Of a DNA stretch of 50,003 nucleotides, positions 37,654 through 47,110 are shown piece by piece (position 1 is the first letter of the stretch; each line of letters starts with the position of its first letter). The translations under genes and the position numbers were made by a program. Below the pieces are notes generated by a model that had not been told where the DNA came from, did no database searches, and saw only the letters and a list, made by a program, of their open reading frames with translations. Source of the DNA: Candidatus Aegiribacteria sp. (GTDB lineage: Bacteria; Fermentibacterota; Fermentibacteria; Fermentibacterales; JCC-6); contig JAWOBF010000058.1 in NCBI GenBank assembly GCA_046498225.1, forward strand, positions 1-50,003. Reading direction: 5' to 3'.

Positions 37654-37867
37654 TTGCCAGTATATTGTGAACGGCGTTCTGAAGGTCTGTGGGAGCCTGC
37701 TGGTGCAGAGCGCTCCTGACCGTCGACTGCATCTGCTGCGTCTGATTGAAGAATCTTCGGCAGTTGGGGCATTCATCGAGGTGGTCCATAAGGGAGCTGC
37801 ATTCCTCCGAGCCGAGTTCTCCCGAAATGTAATCGTGCATGTACAGATGAGCGTCTTCACAGGTCAT
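37646..37867 (-). CDS. Zinc-binding anti-sigma factor (ZAS, zf-HC2)
   Basis: MTCE...DYISGEL...HLDECPNC (HxxxCxxC), directly after the ECF sigma gene. Confidence 0.9.
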   Translation of the reverse strand: MTCEDAHLYMHDYISGELGSEECSSLMDHLDECPNCRRFFNQTQQMQSTVRSALHQQAPTDLQNAVHNILANA

Positions 37868-37868
37868 G

Positions 37869-38426
37869 CTAACTCCCCCCCAGGGCTACGTTCTTCCATT
37901 CGGCCAGCAGGTTCCTGAGGATGAGTCTTCCCCGATGTATCCTCGACCTTACCGTTCCGATGGGAATATCCAGTATACAGGCGATGTCCGCGTAGGAGAA
38001 CCCCTGGACGTCACACAGTACCACCGCGTCACGGAATTCCTCCGGAAGGCTGTCTATCGCGCTTACTATGTCCTCCCGCATCAGGTTGTCCAGGAATTTT
38101 ACGCTGGGGTCGGGCCCCATTTTCTTCAGTTCAGCTACATCCTCACGGGCCATCTGCTCTATCCAATCCCCTGCCATTCCCACAGGTTTCCTGCTTTTCT
38201 TCCTCAGTTTGTTGAGAAAAGTGTTGCGCATAATGGTAAACAGCCAGGCCCCGGCATTGGTTCCAAGGGAGTACTGTTTTTCCGATTTCAGCGCGTTCAG
38301 GTAGGTGTCCTGGACCAGGTCCGAGGCATCATCCCGGTTCCTGGTCAGATGGATGGCGTAACCGTAAAGCCTGTCCAGATGGCCGAGGACTTCCTTTTCG
38401 AATTGCTTCCGTCGCTTGCTTTTCAT
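37869..38426 (-). CDS. ECF sigma-70 factor (SigR/SigH-like)
   Basis: DASDLVQDTYL, GTNAGAWLFTIMRNTFLN, LPEEFRDAVVLCDVQGFSY..IA...IPIGTVRSRIHRGR. Confidence 0.95.
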   Translation of the reverse strand: MKSKRRKQFEKEVLGHLDRLYGYAIHLTRNRDDASDLVQDTYLNALKSEKQYSLGTNAGAWLFTIMRNTFLNKLRKKSRKPVGMAGDWIEQMAREDVAELKKMGPDPSVKFLDNLMREDIVSAIDSLPEEFRDAVVLCDVQGFSYADIACILDIPIGTVRSRIHRGRLILRNLLAEWKNVALGGS

Positions 38427-38462
38427 TCTTCTCCATGCAGAGTGACAGTGTTCGTTAATGGT

Positions 38463-38492
38463 AAACTACCAAAGAAATGTCCCTTATGGCAA
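38463..38492 (-). promoter_or_regulatory. Putative sigma70 promoter of the ECF sigma/glycosylation operon
   Basis: Minus strand TTGCCA-N18-TAGTTT. Confidence 0.45.
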
Positions 38493-38504
38493 TAGTAGCG
38501 CTTT

Positions 38505-38556
38505 CTACAACCGGTAGTGGTCCCCCCTTGTCATAGACACAAAATATTGATAGTCT
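38505..38556 (+). promoter_or_regulatory. nrdJ promoter with tandem NrdR boxes
   Basis: TTGTCA(38528)-N17-TAGTCT(38551); NrdR-box-like ACACAAAATATTGATA (38537-38552) between -35 and -10, and a weaker CTACAACCGGTAGTGG (38505-38520) 32 bp upstream. Consensus is acaCwAtATaTwGtgt. Confidence 0.7.
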
Positions 38557-38700
38557 ACCTTCATCGACGGAGTTCGGCGCCGGATGAGTCCCCCGGCGGG
38601 TTACCGATTCCGGCTTTGAGCGGTGAGACGTGCATGAAGCAGTTCGATCGAGATCAGACATTCATGGGATGATTTTTCCCTGAGGGGTGGGAGGGTTCCT

Positions 38701-41115
38701 TTGGAGGATCTCCATTCACAGAGCGACCTGTTTTCCGGCACAGAGGATGATCGGCAGACCCTGACCCGGGAACGGGAGAAGGGATCCGACCATTCGGAGC
38801 TGCCGGACCCGAGGTTTACCGAGAACGCGCTGAAGGTATTGCAGAAGCGTTACCTGAAGCGGTCGGTCTCCGGCGAGGTGCTGGAAAGCCCGGGAGACAT
38901 GCTTCTGAGAGTGGCTGAGGCGGTGGCTTTCGCGGAGGACAGGTACGGTGGTGACGCGCGGCAGACCACCATCACCTTCTACAACATGATGGCAAACAAG
39001 GAATTCCTGCCCAACTCTCCCACCCTCATGAACGCCGGGAGGGAGCTGGGACAGCTTTCCGCCTGCTTCGTGCTCCCTGTGGAGGACAGCATGGAGAGCA
39101 TATTCACAGCCGTGAAGAACACCGCCCTGATACACAAGAGCGGCGGCGGTACAGGCTTCTCCTTCTCCAGGGTCCGTCCTGTCAACGACGCGGTCATGTC
39201 CACGAAAGGCGTATCCAGCGGTCCGATTTCCTTCATGACCGTCTTCGACCAGGCTACGGAAACGGTGAAGCAGGGTGGCGTCCGCAGGGGCGCCAACATG
39301 GCTGTACTCAGGGTGGACCATCCCGATATCGACCAGTTCATAAACGTTAAGCGGGATATGGACAAGCTGAACAATTTCAACCTGTCGGTTGCCGCCACGG
39401 ATGATTTCATGGACGCGGTGGAGCGGGGTACCTCGTACGACCTGGTGAATCCAAGGGACGGCAGGGTAGTGGACACCAGGGATGCCGGGGAGGTTTTCAG
39501 CAGCATCGTCGATTCCGCCTGGAACTCGGGGGAGCCGGGACTCATCTTCATCGACAGGATGAACGACGCCAATCCCACCCCGCACGTGGCGGACATAGAA
39601 GCCACCAACCCCTGCGGGGAGCAGCCTCTCCTTCCATACGAAGCCTGCAACCTGGGTTCGGTGAATGTTTCCCTGATGGTGGACAGAGCAGAATCGGGCA
39701 CCTTCGTGATGAACTGGACCAGGCTGGAACGGACGGTGCGTAACGCGGTCAGGTTCCTCGACGACGTGATAGAGATAAACAGGTACCCTCTTCCCGAGAT
39801 CGCGGAGATGGTCTCCGGCAATCGGAAGATAGGCCTTGGAGTAATGGGTTTTGCCGATCTGCTGTTCAAGCTGGGCATACCTTACGATTCGGAGGAAGCG
39901 CTGCTGTTTGCCGAAGAGCTGATGAGCTTCGTGGCGGAGAAGGGCAGGAAGGCCAGCATGGACCTGGCAAGGGAGCGTGGTCCCTTCCCGAATTTCAAGG
40001 GGAGCGTCTACGACAACAAGCATATGCCCCCGATCCGCAACGCCACCGTAACCACCATCGCCCCCACCGGTTCCATAGGCATACTCGCCGGTTGCTCCAG
40101 CGGCATCGAACCCGTCTTCGCCCTGGCCTTCACCAGGCGGAACCTGCTTGACCAGGGTGATGAACTGCATGAGGTGGTCCCCGAGTTCGGAAGGGTGGCC
40201 AGGGAGCGCGGCTTCTTCTCCGAAGAGGTGTTCTCAAAGGTGGCGGAGAAGGGATCATGTCAGGGCATTCCGGAGATACCCGGAGATGTTCAGCGGGTAT
40301 TCGTGACCTCGCACGACATATCTCCGGCGTATCATGTAAGGATGCAGGCCGCGTTTCAGAAGTATACCGACAACGCGGTCTCCAAGACCGTGAACATGCC
40401 GGAGAAGGCGTCCCGCAAGAGCGTGGCCGAGGTGTTCAAGCTCTCCAGGAGACTTGGCTGCAAGGGTATAACCGTCTACCGGGACAAGAGCAGGGACAGG
40501 CAGGTCCTGAACCTGACCAGATCCGGGGAGGCGGAGAAGGAGGACGATGTCGCCCTTCCCTCCGTCCCCATAGGTCCCCGGGACAGAGGAGACGTCACCT
40601 CCGGAATAACCAGAAGGATAAGGACGGGCTGCGGCAAACTGTATGTGACCATCAACATGGATGAGGACGGCCCGGTGGAGCTGTTCTCCCAGATGGGGAA
40701 GGCCGGCGGCTGCGCCGCCAGCCAGTCGGAGGCCATCAGCAGGCTCGTCTCACTGGCTCTCAGGTCCAACATTCAGCCGGAAGCCATCGTCAAGGAGCTG
40801 AAGGGTATCAGCTGTCACCGCATAGTCTGGCAGGGCGGCAACAGGATACTCTCCTGCGCCGACGCCATCGGCCAGACCCTGGAATGGTACATTGACGAGA
40901 AGATGGAGATACCCGCGGTGAACAGCGCCGAGGTCATCCAGTCCATCGAGCCCGTGTTCACCGAGGAGCCTTCAACCGAAGGGACACGGCCGGCCGACGA
41001 CGAGGAAGTGGTGGAGAACCTTGCGGGAGCCTGTCCCATGTGCGGGGGTCCCCTCAAGTACGAATCCGGATGCGTGGCATGCGCCCTGAACTGCGGCTAC
41101 TCGGAGTGCGGCTGA
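38701..41115 (+). CDS. nrdJ: Class II (adenosylcobalamin-dependent) ribonucleotide reductase
   Basis: PNSPTLMNAG, LSACFV, ATNPCGEQPL, TIAPTG, CKGITVYRD, TSCPD-like SCADAIG, terminal CPMC...CGYSECG; no ATP cone. Confidence 0.95.
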   Translation: MEDLHSQSDLFSGTEDDRQTLTREREKGSDHSELPDPRFTENALKVLQKRYLKRSVSGEVLESPGDMLLRVAEAVAFAEDRYGGDARQTTITFYNMMANKEFLPNSPTLMNAGRELGQLSACFVLPVEDSMESIFTAVKNTALIHKSGGGTGFSFSRVRPVNDAVMSTKGVSSGPISFMTVFDQATETVKQGGVRRGANMAVLRVDHPDIDQFINVKRDMDKLNNFNLSVAATDDFMDAVERGTSYDLVNPRDGRVVDTRDAGEVFSSIVDSAWNSGEPGLIFIDRMNDANPTPHVADIEATNPCGEQPLLPYEACNLGSVNVSLMVDRAESGTFVMNWTRLERTVRNAVRFLDDVIEINRYPLPEIAEMVSGNRKIGLGVMGFADLLFKLGIPYDSEEALLFAEELMSFVAEKGRKASMDLARERGPFPNFKGSVYDNKHMPPIRNATVTTIAPTGSIGILAGCSSGIEPVFALAFTRRNLLDQGDELHEVVPEFGRVARERGFFSEEVFSKVAEKGSCQGIPEIPGDVQRVFVTSHDISPAYHVRMQAAFQKYTDNAVSKTVNMPEKASRKSVAEVFKLSRRLGCKGITVYRDKSRDRQVLNLTRSGEAEKEDDVALPSVPIGPRDRGDVTSGITRRIRTGCGKLYVTINMDEDGPVELFSQMGKAGGCAASQSEAISRLVSLALRSNIQPEAIVKELKGISCHRIVWQGGNRILSCADAIGQTLEWYIDEKMEIPAVNSAEVIQSIEPVFTEEPSTEGTRPADDEEVVENLAGACPMCGGPLKYESGCVACALNCGYSECG

Positions 41116-41202
41116 CCTTTCACACCTTGCATTCTCCCTTCCCATTTCATTAGACTTCCGGTTCAACCGACATACATATCGAACCGAACAGGAGGCGCGA
41201 CC

Positions 41203-41418
41203 ATGGAAAAGACCGTCAGGGACATCGAGAAGGGACAGGACCTGATCAGGGTGGAGCTCTCGGAATTCAAGGGCAGCCAGTACGTTGGCGCCAGGATCTA
41301 CTACATGGATGACAGGGGGGACTGGAAGCCCACCCGCAAGGGGCTTACTCTCACTCCCGAGCTGATGGTGAAGGTACGGGACGCCATCAACGAGGCCCTG
41401 TCCGAGATAGAGCTGTAG
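41203..41418 (+). CDS. PC4/YdbC-family ssDNA-binding protein
   Basis: AGGAGG RBS; VELSEFKG..YV..RIYY....WKPTRKGLTL. Confidence 0.88.
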   Translation: MEKTVRDIEKGQDLIRVELSEFKGSQYVGARIYYMDDRGDWKPTRKGLTLTPELMVKVRDAINEALSEIEL

Positions 41419-41461
41419 TCCCCGATGCGGGAGGACCCTTCAGCCGCGGTGTCCGGAGTCG

Positions 41462-43606
41462 ATGCCGGTGAATGAGCTTCATGCGGCCGGAATATCCTCG
41501 GAGACGGGACTGAAGCGGGAAAACGTCGCGGCGGTGATCAGGCTCCTCGATGACGGGGCTACCGTGCCCTTCATAGCCAGGTACCGCAAGGAGGCTACCG
41601 GAAGTCTCGACGAGGTGTCCATCATACAGGTTCGAGACCGGATCGGTCAGCTTCGAAAGCTGGAAGAGAGACGCTCCGCCATACTCAGGTCGATGGAGGA
41701 GCGGAAGGTCCTCACCGATGAACTGAGGAGAAGGATACGGTCCGCTGGATCCATTACCCTGCTGGAAGACATCTACCTTCCCTTCCGGCCGAAAAGAAGG
41801 ACTCGGGCCTCCAGGGCCAGGGAGAGGGGGCTGGAGCCCCTCGCCCGGCGAATACTGCTTCAGGAGGGCGGCGACCCCGGCTCTTACGCGTCCTCCTTCG
41901 TCGACCCGGAAAAGGACGTCGGCTCGGTGGAGGACGCCCTGTCGGGAGCTTCCGACATAGTGGCCGAGATATTGACGGAGGACCCGTCAGCAAGGGAATC
42001 CATGAGAAAGCTCTACTGGAACCGCGGTACCTACCGGAGCAAACTGGTCCCGAAGATGGAAGCCGAAGCCGGCAAGTTCAGGGATTACTTCGACTGGGAG
42101 GAACCTGTTCGAAAAACGCCTTCCCACAGGGTGCTGGCCATGAGACGGGGGGAGAAGCAGAAATGCCTTTCCCTGAAGATCCTGGTGGACGAGGAAGAAG
42201 CCCTGGATATTGTACTGGCCGGGGTCTGCCGTGACCGGGAAAGTCCGGAAGGCGCCTTTATCACCGAAGCGGCCAGGGACGGTTTCAGAAGGCTGCTGGG
42301 TCCCTCCATGGAAACCGAGACCCGGCTCAGGAGCCGGGAGGCCGCCGATGACGAGGCCATTCGAGTATTCATTTCCAACCTCAGGAGCCTGCTTCTGGCC
42401 CCTCCCCTCGGAAGAAAGGCCGTTACGGCCATAGACCCCGGCTACAGGACCGGCTGCAAAGTGGTCTGTCTCAGCTGTGACGGGACCGTTCTGCAGCACG
42501 CCACGGTGCATCCTTTCGGCTCTGAACAGGCGAGGAGGGAAGCTGCCAGGACCGTTGCCCGTCTCGTGGAGAAGCACGGCACGGAGTTCGTAGCAGTGGG
42601 CAACGGCACCGCCGGAAGGGAGACGGAGTCCTTTCTGGAGAGCGTCGGCCTTCCCGGACGGGTAAGGGTGGTAACGGTAAGCGAGAGCGGCGCCTCGGTC
42701 TATTCCGCCTCCCAGGTGGCCAGGGAGGAGTTTCCCGACCTCGACGTAACGATGAGGGGGGCGGTCTCCATAGGCAGAAGGCTTCAGGACCCGCTGGCGG
42801 AGCTGGTCAAGATAGACCCCAGGTCCATCGGGGTGGGGCAGTACCAGCATGACGTGGACGGCGGAAAGCTGCGAAGGGCACTGGACGACACGGTGGCAAG
42901 CTGCGTGAACAGCGTGGGCGTCGACGTGAACACCGCCAGCGTCCAGCTTCTCTCATACGTATCGGGCCTGAGCGCCCGCATCGCCGGAAGAATCGTCAGC
43001 CGGCGGTCTGAGGAAGGTCCTTTCTCCAGCCGCCAGCAGCTCATGAGCGTCAGGGGGCTGGGCCCGGCAGCCTTCCAGCAGTCCGCGGGGTTCCTTCGAA
43101 TAAGGGATGGCGCGAACCCGCTGGACTCCAGCGGGGTTCATCCCGAAAGCTATCATGTGGTGGAAAGAATGGCCGCATCGGAGGGAGTCGGCGTCAGGCA
43201 GCTGATGGCCTCGCCTGAAATACGAAAGTCCCTGGATCTGAGGGAGTTCATGGATGACAGCACAGGCCTTCCCACCCTTGAGGATATAATGGAAGAGCTG
43301 GACAGGCCCGGCAGGGACCCCAGGGACTCCTTCAAGGTCTTCCGGTTCGCTGACGTGCATGGCATCGGGGACCTGGAGGAGGGCATGGTCCTGCCCGGGG
43401 TTGTGACCAACGTTACCAATTTCGGGGCCTTCGTGGATGTCGGGGTGCACCAGGACGGACTGGTCCATGTCAGCCGAATGTCCGAGGAGTACGTCAGGGA
43501 CCCGGCGGAGCTGGTCTCCGCGGGAGACAGGGTGAGGGTAAGGGTGCTCTCGGTGGACATACCCCGCGGTCGCATTTCACTGTCCATGACCTTCGGTGAT
43601 GATTAG
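41462..43606 (+). CDS. tex: Tex RNA-binding transcription accessory protein
   Basis: GATVPFIARYRKEATG, IDPGYRTGCK, SIGVGQYQHDV, C-terminal S1 domain. Confidence 0.96.
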   Translation: MPVNELHAAGISSETGLKRENVAAVIRLLDDGATVPFIARYRKEATGSLDEVSIIQVRDRIGQLRKLEERRSAILRSMEERKVLTDELRRRIRSAGSITLLEDIYLPFRPKRRTRASRARERGLEPLARRILLQEGGDPGSYASSFVDPEKDVGSVEDALSGASDIVAEILTEDPSARESMRKLYWNRGTYRSKLVPKMEAEAGKFRDYFDWEEPVRKTPSHRVLAMRRGEKQKCLSLKILVDEEEALDIVLAGVCRDRESPEGAFITEAARDGFRRLLGPSMETETRLRSREAADDEAIRVFISNLRSLLLAPPLGRKAVTAIDPGYRTGCKVVCLSCDGTVLQHATVHPFGSEQARREAARTVARLVEKHGTEFVAVGNGTAGRETESFLESVGLPGRVRVVTVSESGASVYSASQVAREEFPDLDVTMRGAVSIGRRLQDPLAELVKIDPRSIGVGQYQHDVDGGKLRRALDDTVASCVNSVGVDVNTASVQLLSYVSGLSARIAGRIVSRRSEEGPFSSRQQLMSVRGLGPAAFQQSAGFLRIRDGANPLDSSGVHPESYHVVERMAASEGVGVRQLMASPEIRKSLDLREFMDDSTGLPTLEDIMEELDRPGRDPRDSFKVFRFADVHGIGDLEEGMVLPGVVTNVTNFGAFVDVGVHQDGLVHVSRMSEEYVRDPAELVSAGDRVRVRVLSVDIPRGRISLSMTFGDD

Positions 43607-43627
43607 AGCGGAAACGGTTCCCGGCCT

Positions 43628-44014
43628 TCAGCCTCCGCCCGGGAAAGGATGGGGGAGCAGGCGGGAGAGGGTGTAGTGCTCCATGGAGTCCGTGGTGGCT
43701 ACGATCACCGGGAAGTCACTTCCGCAGAATTCCGCCAGGACCTGCAGACATGCTCCGCAGGGCATGGCCCTGCCGTCGGGTGAGTATATCAGCAGACAGG
43801 AAAATTCCCGTATCCCCCCGGAGACGGCGCGGAAGAGAGCGACCCTCTCGGCGCACATGGTAAGCCCGTAGGAGGAGTTCTCCACGTTCACTCCGGTATG
43901 CAGTTCGCCATGGACATCCTGCAGGACCGCGGCCACCCTGAAGCCGGAATAGGGAGAGTAGCTGTTGCCGATGACCTCCCGGGCCCGTACCAGAAGAGCG
44001 TTCGGGTCGGCCAA
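43628..44014 (-). CDS. cdd: Cytidine deaminase
   Basis: YSPYSGFRV, GVNVENSSY, CAER, PCGAC. Confidence 0.95.
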   Translation of the reverse strand: MADPNALLVRAREVIGNSYSPYSGFRVAAVLQDVHGELHTGVNVENSSYGLTMCAERVALFRAVSGGIREFSCLLIYSPDGRAMPCGACLQVLAEFCGSDFPVIVATTDSMEHYTLSRLLPHPFPGGG

Positions 44015-44016
44015 GG

Positions 44017-44499
44017 CTAGAACGTCCTCTCGATGAACGGAAGGGACCGCAGCTTGTCGTTGGCGTTCCGAAGCCTGAGAGAGATAACCTCCGAAAAGGC
44101 TCGAATGACCTTCAGCCCTATGCGGGGATGCTCGTTCAGTATGGCGGAAACCTCCGAATGCTGGAATTTGGCGAGTTCCACCCTTGTATGGGCGAAAACG
44201 GAAGCGCTCCGGCTCTTTCTGTCCAGCAGCACCATTTCGCCGAAGAAATCCCCGGTTTCCAGAATGCCCAGGATCTGCTCTATTCCCTCGAAGGTCTTCT
44301 TGGTAACCCGCACCTTGCCCGAGAGGATCAGGAACAGGTGCTCACCGGTATCGTCCTCCCTGATTATCACGCTGTTCGGGGCATGTTCCTCGTACCTGGC
44401 CCTGTTGACGAACAGTTCCAGCTGCTCCGGCTCCAGAGACCTGAACAGGTAGGCTGTCCTGAACACCTCCATGTGTTCATCGGTGAATTTATTCCTCAT
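44017..44499 (-). CDS. Stand-alone cyclic-nucleotide-binding domain protein
   Basis: LFLILSGKVRV, GDFFGEMVLLD..SRSASV; no HTH. Confidence 0.88.
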   Translation of the reverse strand: MRNKFTDEHMEVFRTAYLFRSLEPEQLELFVNRARYEEHAPNSVIIREDDTGEHLFLILSGKVRVTKKTFEGIEQILGILETGDFFGEMVLLDRKSRSASVFAHTRVELAKFQHSEVSAILNEHPRIGLKVIRAFSEVISLRLRNANDKLRSLPFIERTF

Positions 44500-44533
44500 G
44501 GCGTCCCTTCCCCCTGGCTGACGGCTCCCGGAA

Positions 44534-46123
44534 TCAGTCGGACCGCGGTCTGTCCATATCGACGAAAATGGTCTTTTCCCTGGTATAGACCACCTGACCG
44601 GTCCTGCCCTTCTTCATGCGATTAACATACTGAACTCTGGTGTAGTCAACAGGTATCACGCCGGAGGACGCTCCGCTTCCCCTGGCAGCCTCCAGGGCGG
44701 CCTCTCTCATCACGCCTCCCGGCGGATTATCCTTCCTGCCGTCCATCTTCAGGACCACGTGGGCTCCCGGTATGCCACGCGCGTGGAACCAGAGGTCCCC
44801 CCGTTTTCCTATTCTGAAGGTGACCTCCTCGTTCTCCCTGGCGTTCCTTCCCGCGAAGCAGCGCCATCCTCCGCTGAGGACCTTCCGGGGTATGTGCCTT
44901 TCCTCTTCCTTACCCTTCCCGCCGGTTCTTCGATGCTGCCGGATGAGCTTTTCCAGCTCTTCCACTCCCAGCTCCGCGGATGACTCCAGTGAACTTTCCA
45001 GCGAATGTATCTCCTTCAGGGTGATGCTCCTGCGGGATTCCAGGCTCTCCCTCTCCCTTCCTGTATTGGAAGCCTTCCTGAAGAACCTGGCAGCGTTGGA
45101 CCTGAGGGAACGGGCCGGCTTCAAAGGTATTGTGTGTTTTTCTCCCTCCCAGTCTGTCAGCTCGATCTCTTCAAGCCCCTTCCTGGAACTGTCCTCCATG
45201 GAGATGAGAAGATTGCCCCAGGTCCTGTACTCCTCCGGAGGGACCAGTCCCTGCAGGGCCGCCTCCACCTTGCGCAGACGGCTTCGAAGAAGGGACAGTC
45301 TGTTTCTGAGTATCGACCTCCAGAGTTCCAGGCGGTGGTCCCTGATGCTCCGGGGCTCCGTCTCCAGCCTGGGTTCCAGCGGGTCCTGGATGGGCCTGCC
45401 GGGTCCCAGCCTTACCGGAAGAGGACCTTCCGGCCCCTCCCAGGGGCGGAAATCCCTCTTAAGGAGAGCTTCCTCCAGTTCCCCCACGACCCTTATCACC
45501 GGCACGTTCCTCCGCTGCGCCTCCCGCAGAACGGCCCTGGCGGTCACCGGCCCCACTCCTTCCAGATTCCGGTACAGCACGCCGGGAGACGGGTCCGCTG
45601 AAAGGGCTTCGGCAAATTCGGGATCATCCGTCCATGTACCGGGCGGAAGGCCCGAGGGAGGAGGCGGGCTGTACAGCTGCCCCGGGGCCACCGTGCGGTA
45701 CCTGCTCCTGTCGGAGGTCACCTTCCTCCTGCAGGCCAGTATCCTGTCGTCGCTGAGCCTGACCAGGATAAGGTTGGCGTTCCTTCCCGTGGCCTCGAAC
45801 ACCACCTTCACGTCGGAAGAACCGTAGAGCAGCCCGCTTCGCAGAAGAACCTCCAGGACCCTGTCCGCCCCCTGCTGGCGGATGCCGGTCACCTCCGCCC
45901 CCTGCATGTGCCGCCCCCACTCGGGTGATTCGGTGTCGGCCATGCTCACCGGGTCCTCCCACCAGAGCCCGGGAGAGTCGGGTCTCGCGCAGAGGACCAG
46001 CATTCCGTCGGGAAAAACCATGCCCAGTCCGCCCTGCACCGGCATTCCCACCTTTTCGCAGCTTCGGCCCAGGATAAGCTCTTCCAGAGGCGGGACCTGG
46101 GCGCTGAGAAATACACCTTCCAA
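44534..46123 (-). CDS. rqcH: NFACT-family ribosome quality control protein
   Basis: DRVL, EATGRNANLILV, R...PG..YSPPP, GRNARENE, DLWFHARGIPGAHVV, VDYT. Confidence 0.88.
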   Translation of the reverse strand: MEGVFLSAQVPPLEELILGRSCEKVGMPVQGGLGMVFPDGMLVLCARPDSPGLWWEDPVSMADTESPEWGRHMQGAEVTGIRQQGADRVLEVLLRSGLLYGSSDVKVVFEATGRNANLILVRLSDDRILACRRKVTSDRSRYRTVAPGQLYSPPPPSGLPPGTWTDDPEFAEALSADPSPGVLYRNLEGVGPVTARAVLREAQRRNVPVIRVVGELEEALLKRDFRPWEGPEGPLPVRLGPGRPIQDPLEPRLETEPRSIRDHRLELWRSILRNRLSLLRSRLRKVEAALQGLVPPEEYRTWGNLLISMEDSSRKGLEEIELTDWEGEKHTIPLKPARSLRSNAARFFRKASNTGRERESLESRRSITLKEIHSLESSLESSAELGVEELEKLIRQHRRTGGKGKEEERHIPRKVLSGGWRCFAGRNARENEEVTFRIGKRGDLWFHARGIPGAHVVLKMDGRKDNPPGGVMREAALEAARGSGASSGVIPVDYTRVQYVNRMKKGRTGQVVYTREKTIFVDMDRPRSD

Positions 46124-46228
46124 AGTTCGTTCCCTTCCAGGGCTACTGGTGATGCGGATCGATTATATTAATATACTTCGTACCGTATGACCCTGTTTGA
46201 ATAACCTCTCACCCGGAAGGAACCCCGC

Positions 46229-47110
46229 ATGTACTCAATGACAGGTTTCGGCCGTGCTGACGGCAGGGGCTCGGCTTTCACCGTCAGCGTCGAGGTAAGG
46301 TCCGAAAACCACAGGAACCTGAGCATGTCACTGAGACTTCCGGATACGCTGTCCGAAATGGACCCGGTGGTGAGAAGGTCACTCCGGAACATGTTCAGCC
46401 GCGGCCGCATAAGGGTCGACTGCAGCCTGGAAGCGGTGGGGGCTGACGGCAGCGGCCTGTCTCTCAATACGGACGCCGGCAGGGCCTACCTGGCGGCCGC
46501 CGAAAAGCTGAAGAAGGAGCTGGGCGCCGGGGGAGATATCCCGGTGGCGGACCTGCTGAGGCTGCCCGGCGTGATGGAGAGCGCGGACATTTCCGGAGTG
46601 GACTCCTCGGAGCTATCCGAAACCTTCGAGACCGTACTTGATCAGGCGCTCCAGAAGCTGCAGCGGACCAGGGCGGCGGAGGGCCTGGGGCTGGAAAAGG
46701 TGTTCCGGGAGGGCCTGGAATCCATCAGGCAGCTGGCCATTCCGGTGATGGAGGCTCAGAAGGCCTCAGCCGGCAGGAGATTCCGGAGGCTGAAGGAACG
46801 GGTGGCGGAGCTGGCCTCCGATATAACACTGGATCAGGACAGGATGCTTCAGGAACTGGCGCTTATCGCCGACAGGAGCGACGCCACGGAGGAGCTGCAG
46901 AGGCTCCTCAGCCATTCGGACCACGCCATGGAAACCCTGGAACTCATCGAGCAGCCGGTGGGAAGGAAGCTGGAATTCATACTGCAGGAGATGCATCGGG
47001 AACTGAATACCATGGGCGCCAAGGTGGACGACGCGGAGCTCTCGGTGGATATCGTCCAGATGAAGAGCATACTCGCCTCCCTGAAGGAACAGGCGGCGAA
47101 TGTCGAGTAG
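46229..47110 (+). CDS. yicC: YicC/YloC family endoribonuclease
   Basis: SMTGFGR, RSENHR, EELQRL.SH, GRKLEFILQEMHRELNTMGAK, EQAANVE. Confidence 0.95.
   Translation: MYSMTGFGRADGRGSAFTVSVEVRSENHRNLSMSLRLPDTLSEMDPVVRRSLRNMFSRGRIRVDCSLEAVGADGSGLSLNTDAGRAYLAAAEKLKKELGAGGDIPVADLLRLPGVMESADISGVDSSELSETFETVLDQALQKLQRTRAAEGLGLEKVFREGLESIRQLAIPVMEAQKASAGRRFRRLKERVAELASDITLDQDRMLQELALIADRSDATEELQRLLSHSDHAMETLELIEQPVGRKLEFILQEMHRELNTMGAKVDDAELSVDIVQMKSILASLKEQAANVE

Noticed and set aside
38563..38700. Cobalamin riboswitch in the nrdJ leader
   Set aside because: No B12-box or GGGAA...CCC core is visible, and the leader is short.
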